36,180 nt of DNA from Nitrospirota bacterium (GTDB lineage: Bacteria > Nitrospirota > Nitrospiria > Nitrospirales > NS-4): contig CAWBGA010000006.1 in NCBI GenBank assembly GCA_963788195.1, positions 1 to 36,180 of the forward strand. The letters run 5' to 3'. The position numbers were made by a program, and so were the translations under genes. Below the pieces are notes generated by a model. That model saw only the letters and a program-made list of their open reading frames with translations. It did no database searches and had not been told where the DNA came from. This document shows positions 26,151 through 35,855 of this stretch, in pieces. The number at the start of each line of letters is the position of its first letter. The first letter of the stretch is position 1.

Positions 26151-26558
26151 ATGAAAAGGAGGAATACCGTGCAGACATACAGGAATCTCATCGTTGTCGT
26201 GGGGACGGCAATCATCACTGGTTGCAGCACTATCCCTGAGACGACGAGGACTGGCGAAGTCAGAGATGTTCACATCGAAGCGAACGTTGCGCCGGAAATT
26301 GCGCGTGCACGTCCCGGTGACGAAATCCGCTGGGTCAATCATCGGCTGGCGCCTGTCAAAGTGGTGCTGTTGGACACGAAGAAAGACAGCCTGTCATGTA
26401 AGAGAGGATTTTCCGATGAGGGGATTGCCGTCGTTGCTGCCGGTCAAACAGCGAGCATTTGCTTGAGTAAAGCCGGCGAAGTGAAGTATCACGTCCGGAT
26501 GGACTCTCCGCTTCCCGGCGGCGAAGTCAACACGCAGGCAAGGATCGAAGTTCAGTGA
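26151..26558 (+). CDS. Cupredoxin-like lipoprotein
   Basis: Lipobox-like ITGC; PGDEIRWVN; no type-1 Cu C/H/M loop. Confidence 0.65.
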   Translation: MKRRNTVQTYRNLIVVVGTAIITGCSTIPETTRTGEVRDVHIEANVAPEIARARPGDEIRWVNHRLAPVKVVLLDTKKDSLSCKRGFSDEGIAVVAAGQTASICLSKAGEVKYHVRMDSPLPGGEVNTQARIEVQ

Positions 26559-26583
26559 CGGCAGCGTCCTGATTTGGCATTAC

Positions 26584-27303
26584 TCATAACAGCTGCGGGA
26601 GCAGGTCCTTTGCCCGCCCCTGGAGAGAGACATCAACCTGTGTCGTTTGGGGTGTGGGATCGAGATTGACCTCAACCACGAAGGCGCCCGCAGCGCTCGC
26701 AACCGACGCAAATGATGCGGCAGGATATACCACCCCGGAGGTCCCGACGATCAGCAGCAGATCGCAACGCAATAACGCAGCTTGGCTCTGCGCGAGATCG
26801 TCCGGATTCAGGGACTCGCCGAACCAGACAATATGAGGCCTCAATAACCCCGCACACTCGGAGCACAGCGGAAGCAGCGTGATGGGCACCTCGCGGTTCA
26901 TGCGCACCTGACCGCACGCGGTGCAGCGAACCTTCCAGATATTGCCGTGTAGTTCCACCAACGCCTTCGATCCGGCCAGAGCATGTAAGCCGTCCACGTT
27001 TTGGGTGATTAACGTAAACCCCTCATAACGGCCCTCGAGCTCTGCCAATGCGTAGTGCGCCGGGTTCGGGTGTTTCGTTGCAAGAAGGCCGCGGCGCCAG
27101 TCGTACCATTCCCATACCGTCCGTGGGTCTCTGGAAAACGCCTCAGGCGTGGCAAGGTCCTCGGCCCGGAAATTCCGCCACAGGCCGTCCTGCCCACGGA
27201 AGGTCGGCACGCCACTGTCGGCGGAAATACCGGCACCGGTCAGCACGACTACGGCACGTGCGCGCTGCAAGCGGTCCTTCACTTCGTGCAACGCCGTCAA
27301 CAT
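26584..27303 (-). CDS. cobB: NAD-dependent protein deacylase (class III sirtuin)
   Basis: GAGISADSG.PTFRG, Y..RR, TQNVDGLH and Zn-binding CxxC pairs. Confidence 0.92.
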   Translation of the reverse strand: MLTALHEVKDRLQRARAVVVLTGAGISADSGVPTFRGQDGLWRNFRAEDLATPEAFSRDPRTVWEWYDWRRGLLATKHPNPAHYALAELEGRYEGFTLITQNVDGLHALAGSKALVELHGNIWKVRCTACGQVRMNREVPITLLPLCSECAGLLRPHIVWFGESLNPDDLAQSQAALLRCDLLLIVGTSGVVYPAASFASVASAAGAFVVEVNLDPTPQTTQVDVSLQGRAKDLLPQLL

Positions 27304-28233
27304 TTATCTCCGCGACTGATAATTTACTAACCACACGCCGGCAAGAATCAGTCCGATGCCCGTGATTTCCCGTGGTCCAAGCGGTTCGCTGAGGATCAGC
27401 GCGGATAGGGCCAGCGCCGACACGGGAATTAGATTGACAAAGACACCGGCGCGCGATGGCCCGGCACCCTTCACGCCATACAGCCAGGCTTGTTGACCGA
27501 GCGCCGTGGCGAACAGCATCAAATAGGCAAGCGCCAACCACCCGGAAACCGGGACGCTGTCGAAGCCGTATACCTGCGCCTTTTGATCCAGACCCAACAA
27601 AGGTAACTGCGGGATGAGCGAGAACGCCAGTGTCGTCCAGTTGACCGTCAGTGGGGAGAAGCGCTCCATGAGACGTCGGCTTCCAATGGTATAGAGTGCC
27701 CAGCTCACAAGCCCCATCAGAATTAACATGCCCCCCAGCCATGGGGCGCTTCCGACATTTGTTTGCTCAGCGCCGGCGATCAGTGCCACCCCGGCAAATG
27801 AAACCGCGCAACCTCCAATCACCGAACGCAACGGGACGTCGCGAATGAAAAGAGACGACAGGAGGGCCGTGATCACCGGGGACGCTCCAATAATAATGCC
27901 TGCGGCCCCGGCGCCAATGTAGCGAAGCCCCAATAGCGTCAGGATATGGTTTCCGAGAACCCCCAAAGACAGCGCGGCTAACACCGCGACGTCCCGAGCC
28001 GTGAACGTGACGGCTCGCCTCTCTTGCCACCACCACAGCGGCACCAGAATCAGCAGCGCGCCCGCGCCACGCAGAACGGAAACTTCGATCGCAGAGAAGT
28101 AGCCCAGCGCATACTTCTGGACCACGATGGAGCCACCCCACACTATTGCCGCGGTTGTCAGCGCGACATAGGCAGCCGGCAGGGCAAGTTGGCGCGAACG
28201 CTGATCAGATACGGTGGAAATTGGTGAAGCCAC
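27304..28233 (-). CDS. DMT/EamA family transporter
   Basis: About 10 TM helices in two EamA repeats. Confidence 0.88.
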   Translation of the reverse strand: MASPISTVSDQRSRQLALPAAYVALTTAAIVWGGSIVVQKYALGYFSAIEVSVLRGAGALLILVPLWWWQERRAVTFTARDVAVLAALSLGVLGNHILTLLGLRYIGAGAAGIIIGASPVITALLSSLFIRDVPLRSVIGGCAVSFAGVALIAGAEQTNVGSAPWLGGMLILMGLVSWALYTIGSRRLMERFSPLTVNWTTLAFSLIPQLPLLGLDQKAQVYGFDSVPVSGWLALAYLMLFATALGQQAWLYGVKGAGPSRAGVFVNLIPVSALALSALILSEPLGPREITGIGLILAGVWLVNYQSRR

Positions 28234-28247
28234 CGTACGTGATATGG

Positions 28248-29039
28248 CTAGGGGGAGTAGTGCGCGGGTCGACGGCCAGCTAGCAGGTCATTATAGGAAT
28301 TGATCTTCTTGTCGCGCGCTTCAGTGGGATCGATGTCAACAATGCCGAGCTCCACCTGGCCACGCCTCGCACGCTTGAGAATTTTCCCTGTAGGGCTGAC
28401 GATCTCGCTCGTGCCGATGAAACTCAGCTTCTCCCTGCCGCCGCGTTGCTCGGAGCCAGTGCGATTGCACGTGACGGCGAACACTCGGTTTTCCAGGCAG
28501 CGGGTGATCATCGCGTCCGGACAATGCGGTAGCACCAGATTGGATGGGTGCGCGATAATGTCCGCGCCTTTGAGGGCCAGGGTCCGTGTGGATTCCGGAT
28601 AGAACCAATCAAAACAGACCATCAGACCGATGCGCGCCGACCCGATGTCATAGACCGGGAAGCCCTTGTCGCCGGGTGTAAACCAAAGATTCTCTTCGGC
28701 GTAGAGATGGATCTTACGATACCCACCGATAACGCCGGATGGGCCGACTAAAACCGCGGAGTTGTAAAGACGTCCCTCTGCACGCTCCGCAAGGCCGGCC
28801 ACGATATGCATCCGATAGGTCGCGGCGAGATTCAAGAGACGCTCTGTCGTAGGCCCGGCCGGGATCTCTTCCGCCAGGGACGCGGCCTCCTGTTCCGAGA
28901 TGAACTGATAGCCGGTGGTGAATAACTCCGGCAAGACCAGCAGATCACACTCCGCTCGCCGGACGTGATCAGCGACAAAATCCAGGTTCCGTTTGGTCTC
29001 CCCGAAGGTTGGATTAAATTGAAGATAGCCGACTCTCAT
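28248..29039 (-). CDS. Carbon-nitrogen hydrolase (nitrilase superfamily)
   Basis: E-K-C triad: LPELF, YRKIHL, VCFDW. Confidence 0.9.
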   Translation of the reverse strand: MRVGYLQFNPTFGETKRNLDFVADHVRRAECDLLVLPELFTTGYQFISEQEAASLAEEIPAGPTTERLLNLAATYRMHIVAGLAERAEGRLYNSAVLVGPSGVIGGYRKIHLYAEENLWFTPGDKGFPVYDIGSARIGLMVCFDWFYPESTRTLALKGADIIAHPSNLVLPHCPDAMITRCLENRVFAVTCNRTGSEQRGGREKLSFIGTSEIVSPTGKILKRARRGQVELGIVDIDPTEARDKKINSYNDLLAGRRPAHYSP

Positions 29040-29066
29040 CTATTGTTCATCCCTGGACTGAAAAAA

Positions 29067-29138
29067 GGGGACAGGCAACTTTTCCTGGGCTCTTGATCGC
29101 ATACCTAGACCGGCTATCTGGAAAAGTAGCCTGTCCCC
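29067..29138. repeat. 19-bp inverted repeat with 34-bp spacer (REP/REPIN- or MITE-like)
   Basis: ggggacaggcaacttttcc ... ggaaaagtagcctgtcccc, one mismatch. Confidence 0.7.
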
Positions 29139-29156
29139 CCTTCGAGATACGGAAAC

Positions 29157-29190
29157 AAAAAACGGGCAGGAACATCGTCTCCCTGCCCGT
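29157..29190 (-). terminator. Rho-independent terminator after smbP
   Basis: Minus strand ACGGGCAGG-loop-CCTGCCCGT followed by a T run. Confidence 0.7.
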
Positions 29191-29217
29191 CCCGCTATCA
29201 CACCTCCAGAGGCTGGG

Positions 29218-29544
29218 TTACTTGACCTCTGATAAATGCATTAATGCCTCCTCGGCGTGTTTGGTCCCGCCGGCGGCATCACCTTTTTTGCCGGAGGCGA
29301 CTGCGCCTTCCAGATGCTTGATGCCCTCATCGACATGGGCATTCTTGTCGGCCTTCTTAGCTGCCTTCAAGGCTGCTTCCGCGTGTTTGGTCAACACATC
29401 GGCATGTCCTTGCTTACCATGCGAGATGGCTTCCTTCGTGTGCTCGACCGCCTCGGCGGCTGGCGATTTTGCAGCCCAAACCGCCCCGTTTGTCACGAAC
29501 GCTAAGGCGGCGATGATGAATACTATACCCACCAGCTTGCGCAT
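29218..29544 (-). CDS. smbP: Small metal-binding protein SmbP
   Basis: Heptad His pattern EAVEH..EAI.HG..GHA....KHAE.AL; ATG 29544 with AGGAGG RBS. Confidence 0.82.
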   Translation of the reverse strand: MRKLVGIVFIIAALAFVTNGAVWAAKSPAAEAVEHTKEAISHGKQGHADVLTKHAEAALKAAKKADKNAHVDEGIKHLEGAVASGKKGDAAGGTKHAEEALMHLSEVK

Positions 29545-29654
29545 AATTTCTCCTCCTGGTTTCCTGGTATTGGCGCTTTTAGACGCCGACGTTACGGTTA
29601 ACATAGGGTTTCCAAGGTGTCAAGGTGTGTCGCCGGTATCTCTCTCCGTCTATC

Positions 29655-31388
29655 CTATTTCAGTTGCACCCGCTTTTGAAGATCATACAGCTCAATGATG
29701 TCGTGGACCGTATTGGCGTCCTCCGCGCGTTTGTCCTCTCTGAGAAATCCCTGAACGCGTGGGAATCGTAACGCATACCCGATGCCCTGCGCGTCCGCGC
29801 CACAGGTGTGCAACGGGCTGCGGGTGATTTCATCCGCGGCGACGGTAATGACCAAGGACGGCTGCACCCAGACGTCGGGGATCATCTTTGAATCCACGCG
29901 GGCGGGTCGATGTTCGACGGCAATGGGATCAAGTCGCTCCCGCAACTGGACCCATTCTTCATCCGAGAAACCCGTGCCGACCTTGGAAATAGTCTTGAAG
30001 ACGTCTCCCCCGGAGTCATAAACAGCGGCGAGGACCGTGCCTATCCCAAACCGCGCCCGCTTGCCGCCGCCTCGGAAGTACCCCACGATGCAGAGATCCA
30101 CGGTATCTGATAGCTCGCCCTTATAGCTGCGTTTCAGTTTGATCCAGTTAAAATTTCGGGATCCCGCCGCGTACGGGGAATCCAGTCGTTTCGCCACAAT
30201 TCCTTCAAGTCCCCGCGCGATGGCTCCTTCGAAGATGATGCGCATTCGCTTGGGATCTTCCACCTCCTCCGATTCAGCCGGTTCGATGATGGATCCTTCC
30301 GAGATGCGCGCGATTAATTCTTTGCGCCGCTCCCAATACGGCCGCGGAGTGTAATCCTCTCCATCCACGTACAGCAGGTCGAAGCCGAACAGCTTCAGCG
30401 GAAACTCCTTGGCGTGATCGGCAATGCCGTGTTTGCGTTTCCGCTGAATCGTCGTTTGAAAGGACAACAGCTCGCCGGTGCCCTCGTCAAACGCAAGCGC
30501 CTCACCTTCAAAGATTGCATTCTTGGCCCGGATCTGGCTTCTGACGGCGTCGGCGATGTCGGGAAACATCGCGGTGGTGCGCTCCAGGTTTCGGGAGAAG
30601 ATCTCGACCGCTTCACCGTCTTTATGGATTTGGCAACGAAAACCGTCCAATTTCGGCTCCACGGCGCATCGCCCGATCTTCTGGATGATGTCTTCCGGTT
30701 GCGCCACCCGCTCGCACAACGCCATGCGGATCGGGTAACCGACCTGCACGCGAATGGCCGTTATCGCATCGCGGCCGCGTTCGCTCACGACCTCGCCGAC
30801 GCGTCCCAGGTCCGAACAGAGGTTGTATGCGCGCTCCAAGTCTGCTTTCAGCTTACGGTCGCCGAGCTTCGCGAGGGCCAACGCCTCCAGCACGGTCGCA
30901 TCCCCGACTCCCAAACGCAGGCGGCCGACGACGAACCGCGCAATGTACTTGGCCTCCTTGGGGGAAGCTGCCGCCAAAAGTGCGGCAAGGTTGGAGCGTT
31001 TCTTCTCAACCGACCCCTCTCCGCTCGTCCGCGCGATCCGCAGGAGCTCTTCATACACTTGCGGGACAGTCAAGCCTTTACCCACGTGGTCCTTCAGGAG
31101 ACTCTCGGCCGTGGTCCCGAGATCTCCGCTGAGCTTGTAATGCGCCAGCATCTCTTCCGGAGAACGCCCTGTGGCTTCCACGAGAGCCCGCATCAGGAGC
31201 TTATCGGACATTCCCATTTCGAGTCCCTGGAACGCCGCCAATAAGCGACCCTGGCTCATGTAGATGATGGGCGCAATGTCCTCGGGGCCGGCGTTTCGAA
31301 AGAGTTCTGCGAGGATTTCGAACATCTCGAGCCGCTTGGCAGTGCCCTCAAGATGCTCGAAGACCTCAGCGAGATGGCGGAATTGCAT
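29655..31388 (-). CDS. lig: ATP-dependent DNA ligase with N-terminal DNA-binding domain
   Basis: EPKLDG.R.QIH, EGE, FDLL, EGIVAK, WIKLK and LRFPR. Confidence 0.92.
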   Translation of the reverse strand: MQFRHLAEVFEHLEGTAKRLEMFEILAELFRNAGPEDIAPIIYMSQGRLLAAFQGLEMGMSDKLLMRALVEATGRSPEEMLAHYKLSGDLGTTAESLLKDHVGKGLTVPQVYEELLRIARTSGEGSVEKKRSNLAALLAAASPKEAKYIARFVVGRLRLGVGDATVLEALALAKLGDRKLKADLERAYNLCSDLGRVGEVVSERGRDAITAIRVQVGYPIRMALCERVAQPEDIIQKIGRCAVEPKLDGFRCQIHKDGEAVEIFSRNLERTTAMFPDIADAVRSQIRAKNAIFEGEALAFDEGTGELLSFQTTIQRKRKHGIADHAKEFPLKLFGFDLLYVDGEDYTPRPYWERRKELIARISEGSIIEPAESEEVEDPKRMRIIFEGAIARGLEGIVAKRLDSPYAAGSRNFNWIKLKRSYKGELSDTVDLCIVGYFRGGGKRARFGIGTVLAAVYDSGGDVFKTISKVGTGFSDEEWVQLRERLDPIAVEHRPARVDSKMIPDVWVQPSLVITVAADEITRSPLHTCGADAQGIGYALRFPRVQGFLREDKRAEDANTVHDIIELYDLQKRVQLK

Positions 31389-31400
31389 CGAGGCTCTGGA

Positions 31401-32282
31401 TTAATGGGTGGCGGTGGACTTCGGCGGGGTGGGGTCCAGTTTCGGGCGCGCCTCTTCCTTGAGATTCACCACAGGCAGGAGAAAATCATTGCCCCATTCC
31501 CACCAGGAGCCCGGATAGTTCTTCACGCGGTCGTAGCCGGCGAGCTTCAGGATAAAATACAGCCAGGCCGATCGAACCCCGCCCGTGCAATAGCAGATCA
31601 CCTCTTTTTCCGGGGACAGTCCTTGCTTCTCCAGAATGGCATGAATCTGTCCGACCGGCTTCACGGTCCCATCAGGGTTGAAAAACTGATTCCACGGCAC
31701 GTTTACCGCCGACGGGATATGGCCGCCGCGCGAGATGCCTTGTTGGACGGAGCCGCTATACTCTTCGGGTGTGCGAGCGTCCGCCAGAACTATTTCCGGA
31801 TGAGGCGCCCCGACCAGCGCACGCAGTTCGGCTTTCACCGTCATTAGAGCCGGATTGACCTGAGCCTTGAAAACCGCGGACCGTGGCTTTGCGGGGCCGC
31901 ACTCAAAGCGTCGCATTTCCGCCGACCATTTTATCCAGCCACCGTCAAGCACCCGAACATTCGGATGCCCGAGATAGGTCAGCATCCAGTACATCCGTCC
32001 TTCGTCTCCCCAATTATCAAAGGGATTCGAATACACGATGACCTGTCGCTCCCGGCTGATGCCAAGCGCTCCTAACTTCTTTTCAAGCCGGCCTAGGTCC
32101 GTGTCCAATAACCCTTTGATCCCCGAAGCTGGATCGCTGAAGTCGTGCCAGGTGGCGGCGACGGCCCCCGAAATATGCCCGCTCTCATGAAAAGCCATCT
32201 TGGATCGGACATCCACGACGACGATATCGTCGCGATCGAGAATGCCGTCCAATTCATCCGTCGTAATTAACATCGGCTGCAT
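31401..32282 (-). CDS. Tandem-domain rhodanese/sulfurtransferase
   Basis: GHISGA, LDGG, GHIPSA, active-site YCTGGVRS and Y.GSW.EW. Confidence 0.9.
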   Translation of the reverse strand: MQPMLITTDELDGILDRDDIVVVDVRSKMAFHESGHISGAVAATWHDFSDPASGIKGLLDTDLGRLEKKLGALGISRERQVIVYSNPFDNWGDEGRMYWMLTYLGHPNVRVLDGGWIKWSAEMRRFECGPAKPRSAVFKAQVNPALMTVKAELRALVGAPHPEIVLADARTPEEYSGSVQQGISRGGHIPSAVNVPWNQFFNPDGTVKPVGQIHAILEKQGLSPEKEVICYCTGGVRSAWLYFILKLAGYDRVKNYPGSWWEWGNDFLLPVVNLKEEARPKLDPTPPKSTATH

Positions 32283-32309
32283 GATAGATCTCTCCTAAAC
32301 GGTCGGTCC

Positions 32310-33617
32310 TCATCCCTTCTTGACGCATGACGTTGCTGCCGTCTTGGAGGCTCCCAGGGGGATGACCTCTGCGGACAATGGTTCCGAAAGCGGCAGGGTT
32401 CGTTCGTAGATCGTATACCAGTACGGGTGATCCCCTTGCAGGCCATACTTGGTCTTCAATGTATGGTACGCACGCTCAGTCACGATATGATAGCGCACCT
32501 CCGCCTGTAATTGCAGGCCCTCTAACGCGTCGGGCAGGCCATACCGAAAGCGATAGTCTCGGCTGGCCAGGGGTGGCAGCCGATTATCATACAGCTCCAA
32601 AATGACCGGTTGCCACATGATCCAGCGACCCATCGTATTCCGTTGCTGCTTCAAAAGCCGGCCATTTTTATCCAAGATCCGAAACTCAACCGTGAAGTAG
32701 CGGTCTGGGTCCCCCGTGGGAAGCTTGTGACCGGCGCCGGCATTGATCAATGTGAGCGTAAATGTTGCATCTTTGCCTGCCTGGAAGGGGGCTGGATCGG
32801 CCGTTAACTGCACGGCCAGGGCGCTCTTGATCTGCTCGGGATCGTGCCCGCCACGCCACAAGTGTCGTCGTCCCTGGCGAATCGGTCCGCCATCGGCCAT
32901 CGGCCGTTCCACCTCCGGCATGTGACAACTTTGGCAGATCATCCCCCGCTGCTGTGTAAAGTATGTGTCCTCAAACTCAGGAAAGGTGCCGCACGGGCCG
33001 ACGTTATAGAACTGAAACGGGCCTTTCGGCACTTGATGGCACCGGTAGCATACCTCCGTCGTCCGGAACTTGGGGTCGAATTGGGTAGGATGCGGCGCCA
33101 CCGAGTCATCGAAAGGGCCGTAGATCACGCCGTCTCGGACGTGGCAGGCGGCACAGGTGATCCCCTCCTGTTGGAAGTCGGCATCGAAGTCCGGGTTCGG
33201 CACTTTCACGGCCTTCTCCACACGATTGCGGGGAATCTCACGGATCAATTCGGGCTGCTGGTTTTCCAAGGGAGTATGGCAGTTCAGACAGATCCAGACT
33301 TCACCGTCCTTCTTCCAATAAGCTCGAAAGAAAGGGTCTTGGAATGCCTTGGCATGATAGGAGGTCTTCCATTCTTCATAGATCTCCCGATGACAGGCGC
33401 CACAGTCTTCGGCCTTAAGACTTGGAATTCCGGCAGGAACCTTTTGAAAAGGAATCGCATGCGCAAAGTCTTCGCGCAATCCGAAGATCACTTTGGGTCG
33501 AAGCTCGTTGTAAAAAATATAGACAAACCCCGCGATCAGAAGAACAACGCCGAGCGCCGTCCATTTCAAGGCACGAGAGACCTTCCAGCGCCCGCCCGTC
33601 AGCGACTCACTGGTCAT
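32310..33617 (-). CDS. Membrane-anchored pentaheme cytochrome c (c554-like domain)
   Basis: CGACH, CLNCH, CAACH, CYRCH and CQSCH; GHKLPTG. ATG 33617 overlaps the HDAC stop (ATGA). Confidence 0.88.
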   Translation of the reverse strand: MTSESLTGGRWKVSRALKWTALGVVLLIAGFVYIFYNELRPKVIFGLREDFAHAIPFQKVPAGIPSLKAEDCGACHREIYEEWKTSYHAKAFQDPFFRAYWKKDGEVWICLNCHTPLENQQPELIREIPRNRVEKAVKVPNPDFDADFQQEGITCAACHVRDGVIYGPFDDSVAPHPTQFDPKFRTTEVCYRCHQVPKGPFQFYNVGPCGTFPEFEDTYFTQQRGMICQSCHMPEVERPMADGGPIRQGRRHLWRGGHDPEQIKSALAVQLTADPAPFQAGKDATFTLTLINAGAGHKLPTGDPDRYFTVEFRILDKNGRLLKQQRNTMGRWIMWQPVILELYDNRLPPLASRDYRFRYGLPDALEGLQLQAEVRYHIVTERAYHTLKTKYGLQGDHPYWYTIYERTLPLSEPLSAEVIPLGASKTAATSCVKKG

Positions 33618-34570
33618 GTCTTCCCCATGACACGCAGGTGGCTTTCGACGGAGGCTCCAAGCGCATTCAGATTGTAGCCACCTTCCAGGCACGAAAGCAG
33701 GCGGCCTTGGCAGAATTCGCCCGCAATCTCTGTCACCACACGTGTCAGTGCCGCATAGCCATCGGTCGTCACATTCATGCCGGCGAGGGGGTCGTCCCGA
33801 TGCGCGTCGAATCCCGCCGACACGATCACGACATCGGGACGGTAGGCTTTCAGCGCCGGGCGAAGAACCGAGTTGAAGATCTCCAGATATTCGATATCAC
33901 CCATTCCCGCCGGAAGCGGAACATTCTTAGTGTAGCCTGTCCCTCGTCCACTCCCCGTTTCATCCGCCTTGCCGGTGCCAGGATAAAAGGGATATTGGTG
34001 TGTGCTGAAGAAAAACACCGATGGATCTTCGTAGAAGGTGTGCTGGGTGCCGTTGCCATGATGCACATCCCAATCAACAATGGCCACCCGCTCCAAGCCG
34101 TGCCGCTGTTGCAGATACCGGGCGGTGATCGCGACGTTATTGAAGAGGCAAAACCCCATCGCATGTTTGGATTCCGCATGATGACCAGGGGGACGGACGG
34201 CACAAAACGCATTCTGGACCCTGCCTTCCATGATGGCGTCGGCGGCGGTCAGGGCGCCCGCCACTGCCACACACGCGGCGTTCAATGAGCCGGAGGAGAT
34301 CGATGTATCCGCATCAAGATCCACCCGGCCCCCTGCGGGTGACAATTTCTGGAGCTCCTTGAGATAGGCGGGCGCATGCACCTTTGTGATCCAGCTTGCG
34401 ACCCACTCTTTGTCGGGAGAGTCCGGCTCGAGCCGGACCAACTGAGGCATAGTCCCAGAGGCTTCCAGCCTTGTCAGAATTGACCGCAGGCGATCCGGCG
34501 ACTCCGGATGGTGGGTTCCCATATCGTGATTAAGATAATCAGGATGATAGACGAAGCCCGTGTGCCCCAT
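33614..34570 (-). CDS. Histone deacetylase family (Zn-dependent) amidohydrolase
   Basis: HPE...R, RPPGHHA, GFC.FNN, DVHHGNGTQ, SAGFDAH and EGGY. Confidence 0.93.
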   Translation of the reverse strand: MGHTGFVYHPDYLNHDMGTHHPESPDRLRSILTRLEASGTMPQLVRLEPDSPDKEWVASWITKVHAPAYLKELQKLSPAGGRVDLDADTSISSGSLNAACVAVAGALTAADAIMEGRVQNAFCAVRPPGHHAESKHAMGFCLFNNVAITARYLQQRHGLERVAIVDWDVHHGNGTQHTFYEDPSVFFFSTHQYPFYPGTGKADETGSGRGTGYTKNVPLPAGMGDIEYLEIFNSVLRPALKAYRPDVVIVSAGFDAHRDDPLAGMNVTTDGYAALTRVVTEIAGEFCQGRLLSCLEGGYNLNALGASVESHLRVMGKT

Positions 34571-34640
34571 GGAGTAAAATCTAGCACACGGTGTTTCACG
34601 TAGACAAGGCAGCTAACGGATGATAAAGTCGTTCGGTCAC

Positions 34641-34955
34641 ATGGCAAATCCCCGCATTGAGGCCCTCAAAAAACTGCTTAAGATCGATCCGAATGATGAC
34701 GTGGCGTATTTCGGGTTAGGAAAGTCGCTGATGGAAGAAGCCCAGTACGCGGAAGCGGCCGAATATCTCGAGAAATGCGTGACGGTCAAACCATCCTACT
34801 CGGCGGCGTACCTGGCGCTGGTTGAATCGTTGGTGAAGATCGGCCAGATGGATCGCGCGAAGGAGTTCCTTGAGCAAGGCCACGCCGTGTCGCTGAAGAA
34901 CGGCGACATGCAGGTCACGAAGAAGCTGGAGGCGATCCGGCAGACGCTGATCTAA
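34641..34955 (+). CDS. Small TPR protein
   Basis: DPND..AYFGLG and P.YSAAY..L TPR patterns. Confidence 0.8.
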   Translation: MANPRIEALKKLLKIDPNDDVAYFGLGKSLMEEAQYAEAAEYLEKCVTVKPSYSAAYLALVESLVKIGQMDRAKEFLEQGHAVSLKNGDMQVTKKLEAIRQTLI

Positions 34956-34962
34956 TGGCGCT

Positions 34963-35772
34963 TTACTCCCTTTCGCAAGCGACTTGATAGATCTTGCGGT
35001 CCTCCAGCCGCACCGCCGTCAGAGACCCGCCCCATACGCAACCGCTATCCAGGGCAAGCAAATTGTCCGCCACACGAAGCCCTAAGGCCGCCCAGTGGCC
35101 GCTGACAATCACAACTTCACTGTTCTTCCTGTTCGGTAGTGCGAACCATGGCGAGAAACCTCGAGGAGCGGTCTCGGGTGGGCCATTTTGTTTTAAGTCC
35201 ATCTGCCCTTCGGGGGTACAGAACCGGAGACGGGTCAGCGCATTGACAATCACCCGATAACGTACCATCCCGGTCAAATCGGGGGACCATTGGGCCGGAC
35301 TCGAGCCGTACATCTCTCGAAGCAGGGTCTTATACTCGGAGCCGCGCAAGACGCCCTCGACCTCTCTCGCCAGAGTCTCAGCCTCCGCCGCTGACCACTG
35401 AGGTAGGAGACCGGCATGAACAAGAACGACATCCTTTTCGCGGTAGAGGAGGCGTTGTTGTCGAAGCCAATTGAGCAGCTCCTCACGATCCGGCGCTTCA
35501 AGAACATCTTGGAAGGTGTCGCCTTTGTTAACGGGCCGGAGCCCTTCGGCGGCTGCCAGAAGATGCAGGTCGTGATTGCCTAGCACGACGATCGCGGAGA
35601 GGCCGAGCCCTTTGACCCATCGCAGCACGGCAAGTGAGTCCGGCCCCCGGTTCACCAAGTCGCCGACAAACCACAGCGTATCCTTTGTCGGGTCGAACCG
35701 AATCTGGCTCATCAGATTCTCGAGGGCTGAGAAACAACCTTGGATATCGCCGATTGCGTAAATCGCCACCAT
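34963..35772 (-). CDS. apaH: Symmetrical bis(5'-nucleosyl)-tetraphosphatase
   Basis: GDIQGC, GDLVNRGPDS, GNHD, GHWAALG and LDSGC.WG. Confidence 0.93.
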   Translation of the reverse strand: MVAIYAIGDIQGCFSALENLMSQIRFDPTKDTLWFVGDLVNRGPDSLAVLRWVKGLGLSAIVVLGNHDLHLLAAAEGLRPVNKGDTFQDVLEAPDREELLNWLRQQRLLYREKDVVLVHAGLLPQWSAAEAETLAREVEGVLRGSEYKTLLREMYGSSPAQWSPDLTGMVRYRVIVNALTRLRFCTPEGQMDLKQNGPPETAPRGFSPWFALPNRKNSEVVIVSGHWAALGLRVADNLLALDSGCVWGGSLTAVRLEDRKIYQVACERE

Positions 35773-35855
35773 CAGGCCTCAATAGCAGCTCAACCCTTTT
35801 AAGGTTTCAATACAAAACTCGCGCAGTGACGAGGGCGGATCAGTGAAGTCCACTT

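Noticed and set aside
30414..34288. Long plus-strand ORFs 30414-31244, 32844-33677 and 33422-34288 (also 20276-21073 and minus-strand 23250-24002)
   Set aside because: Antisense shadows of well-supported genes.
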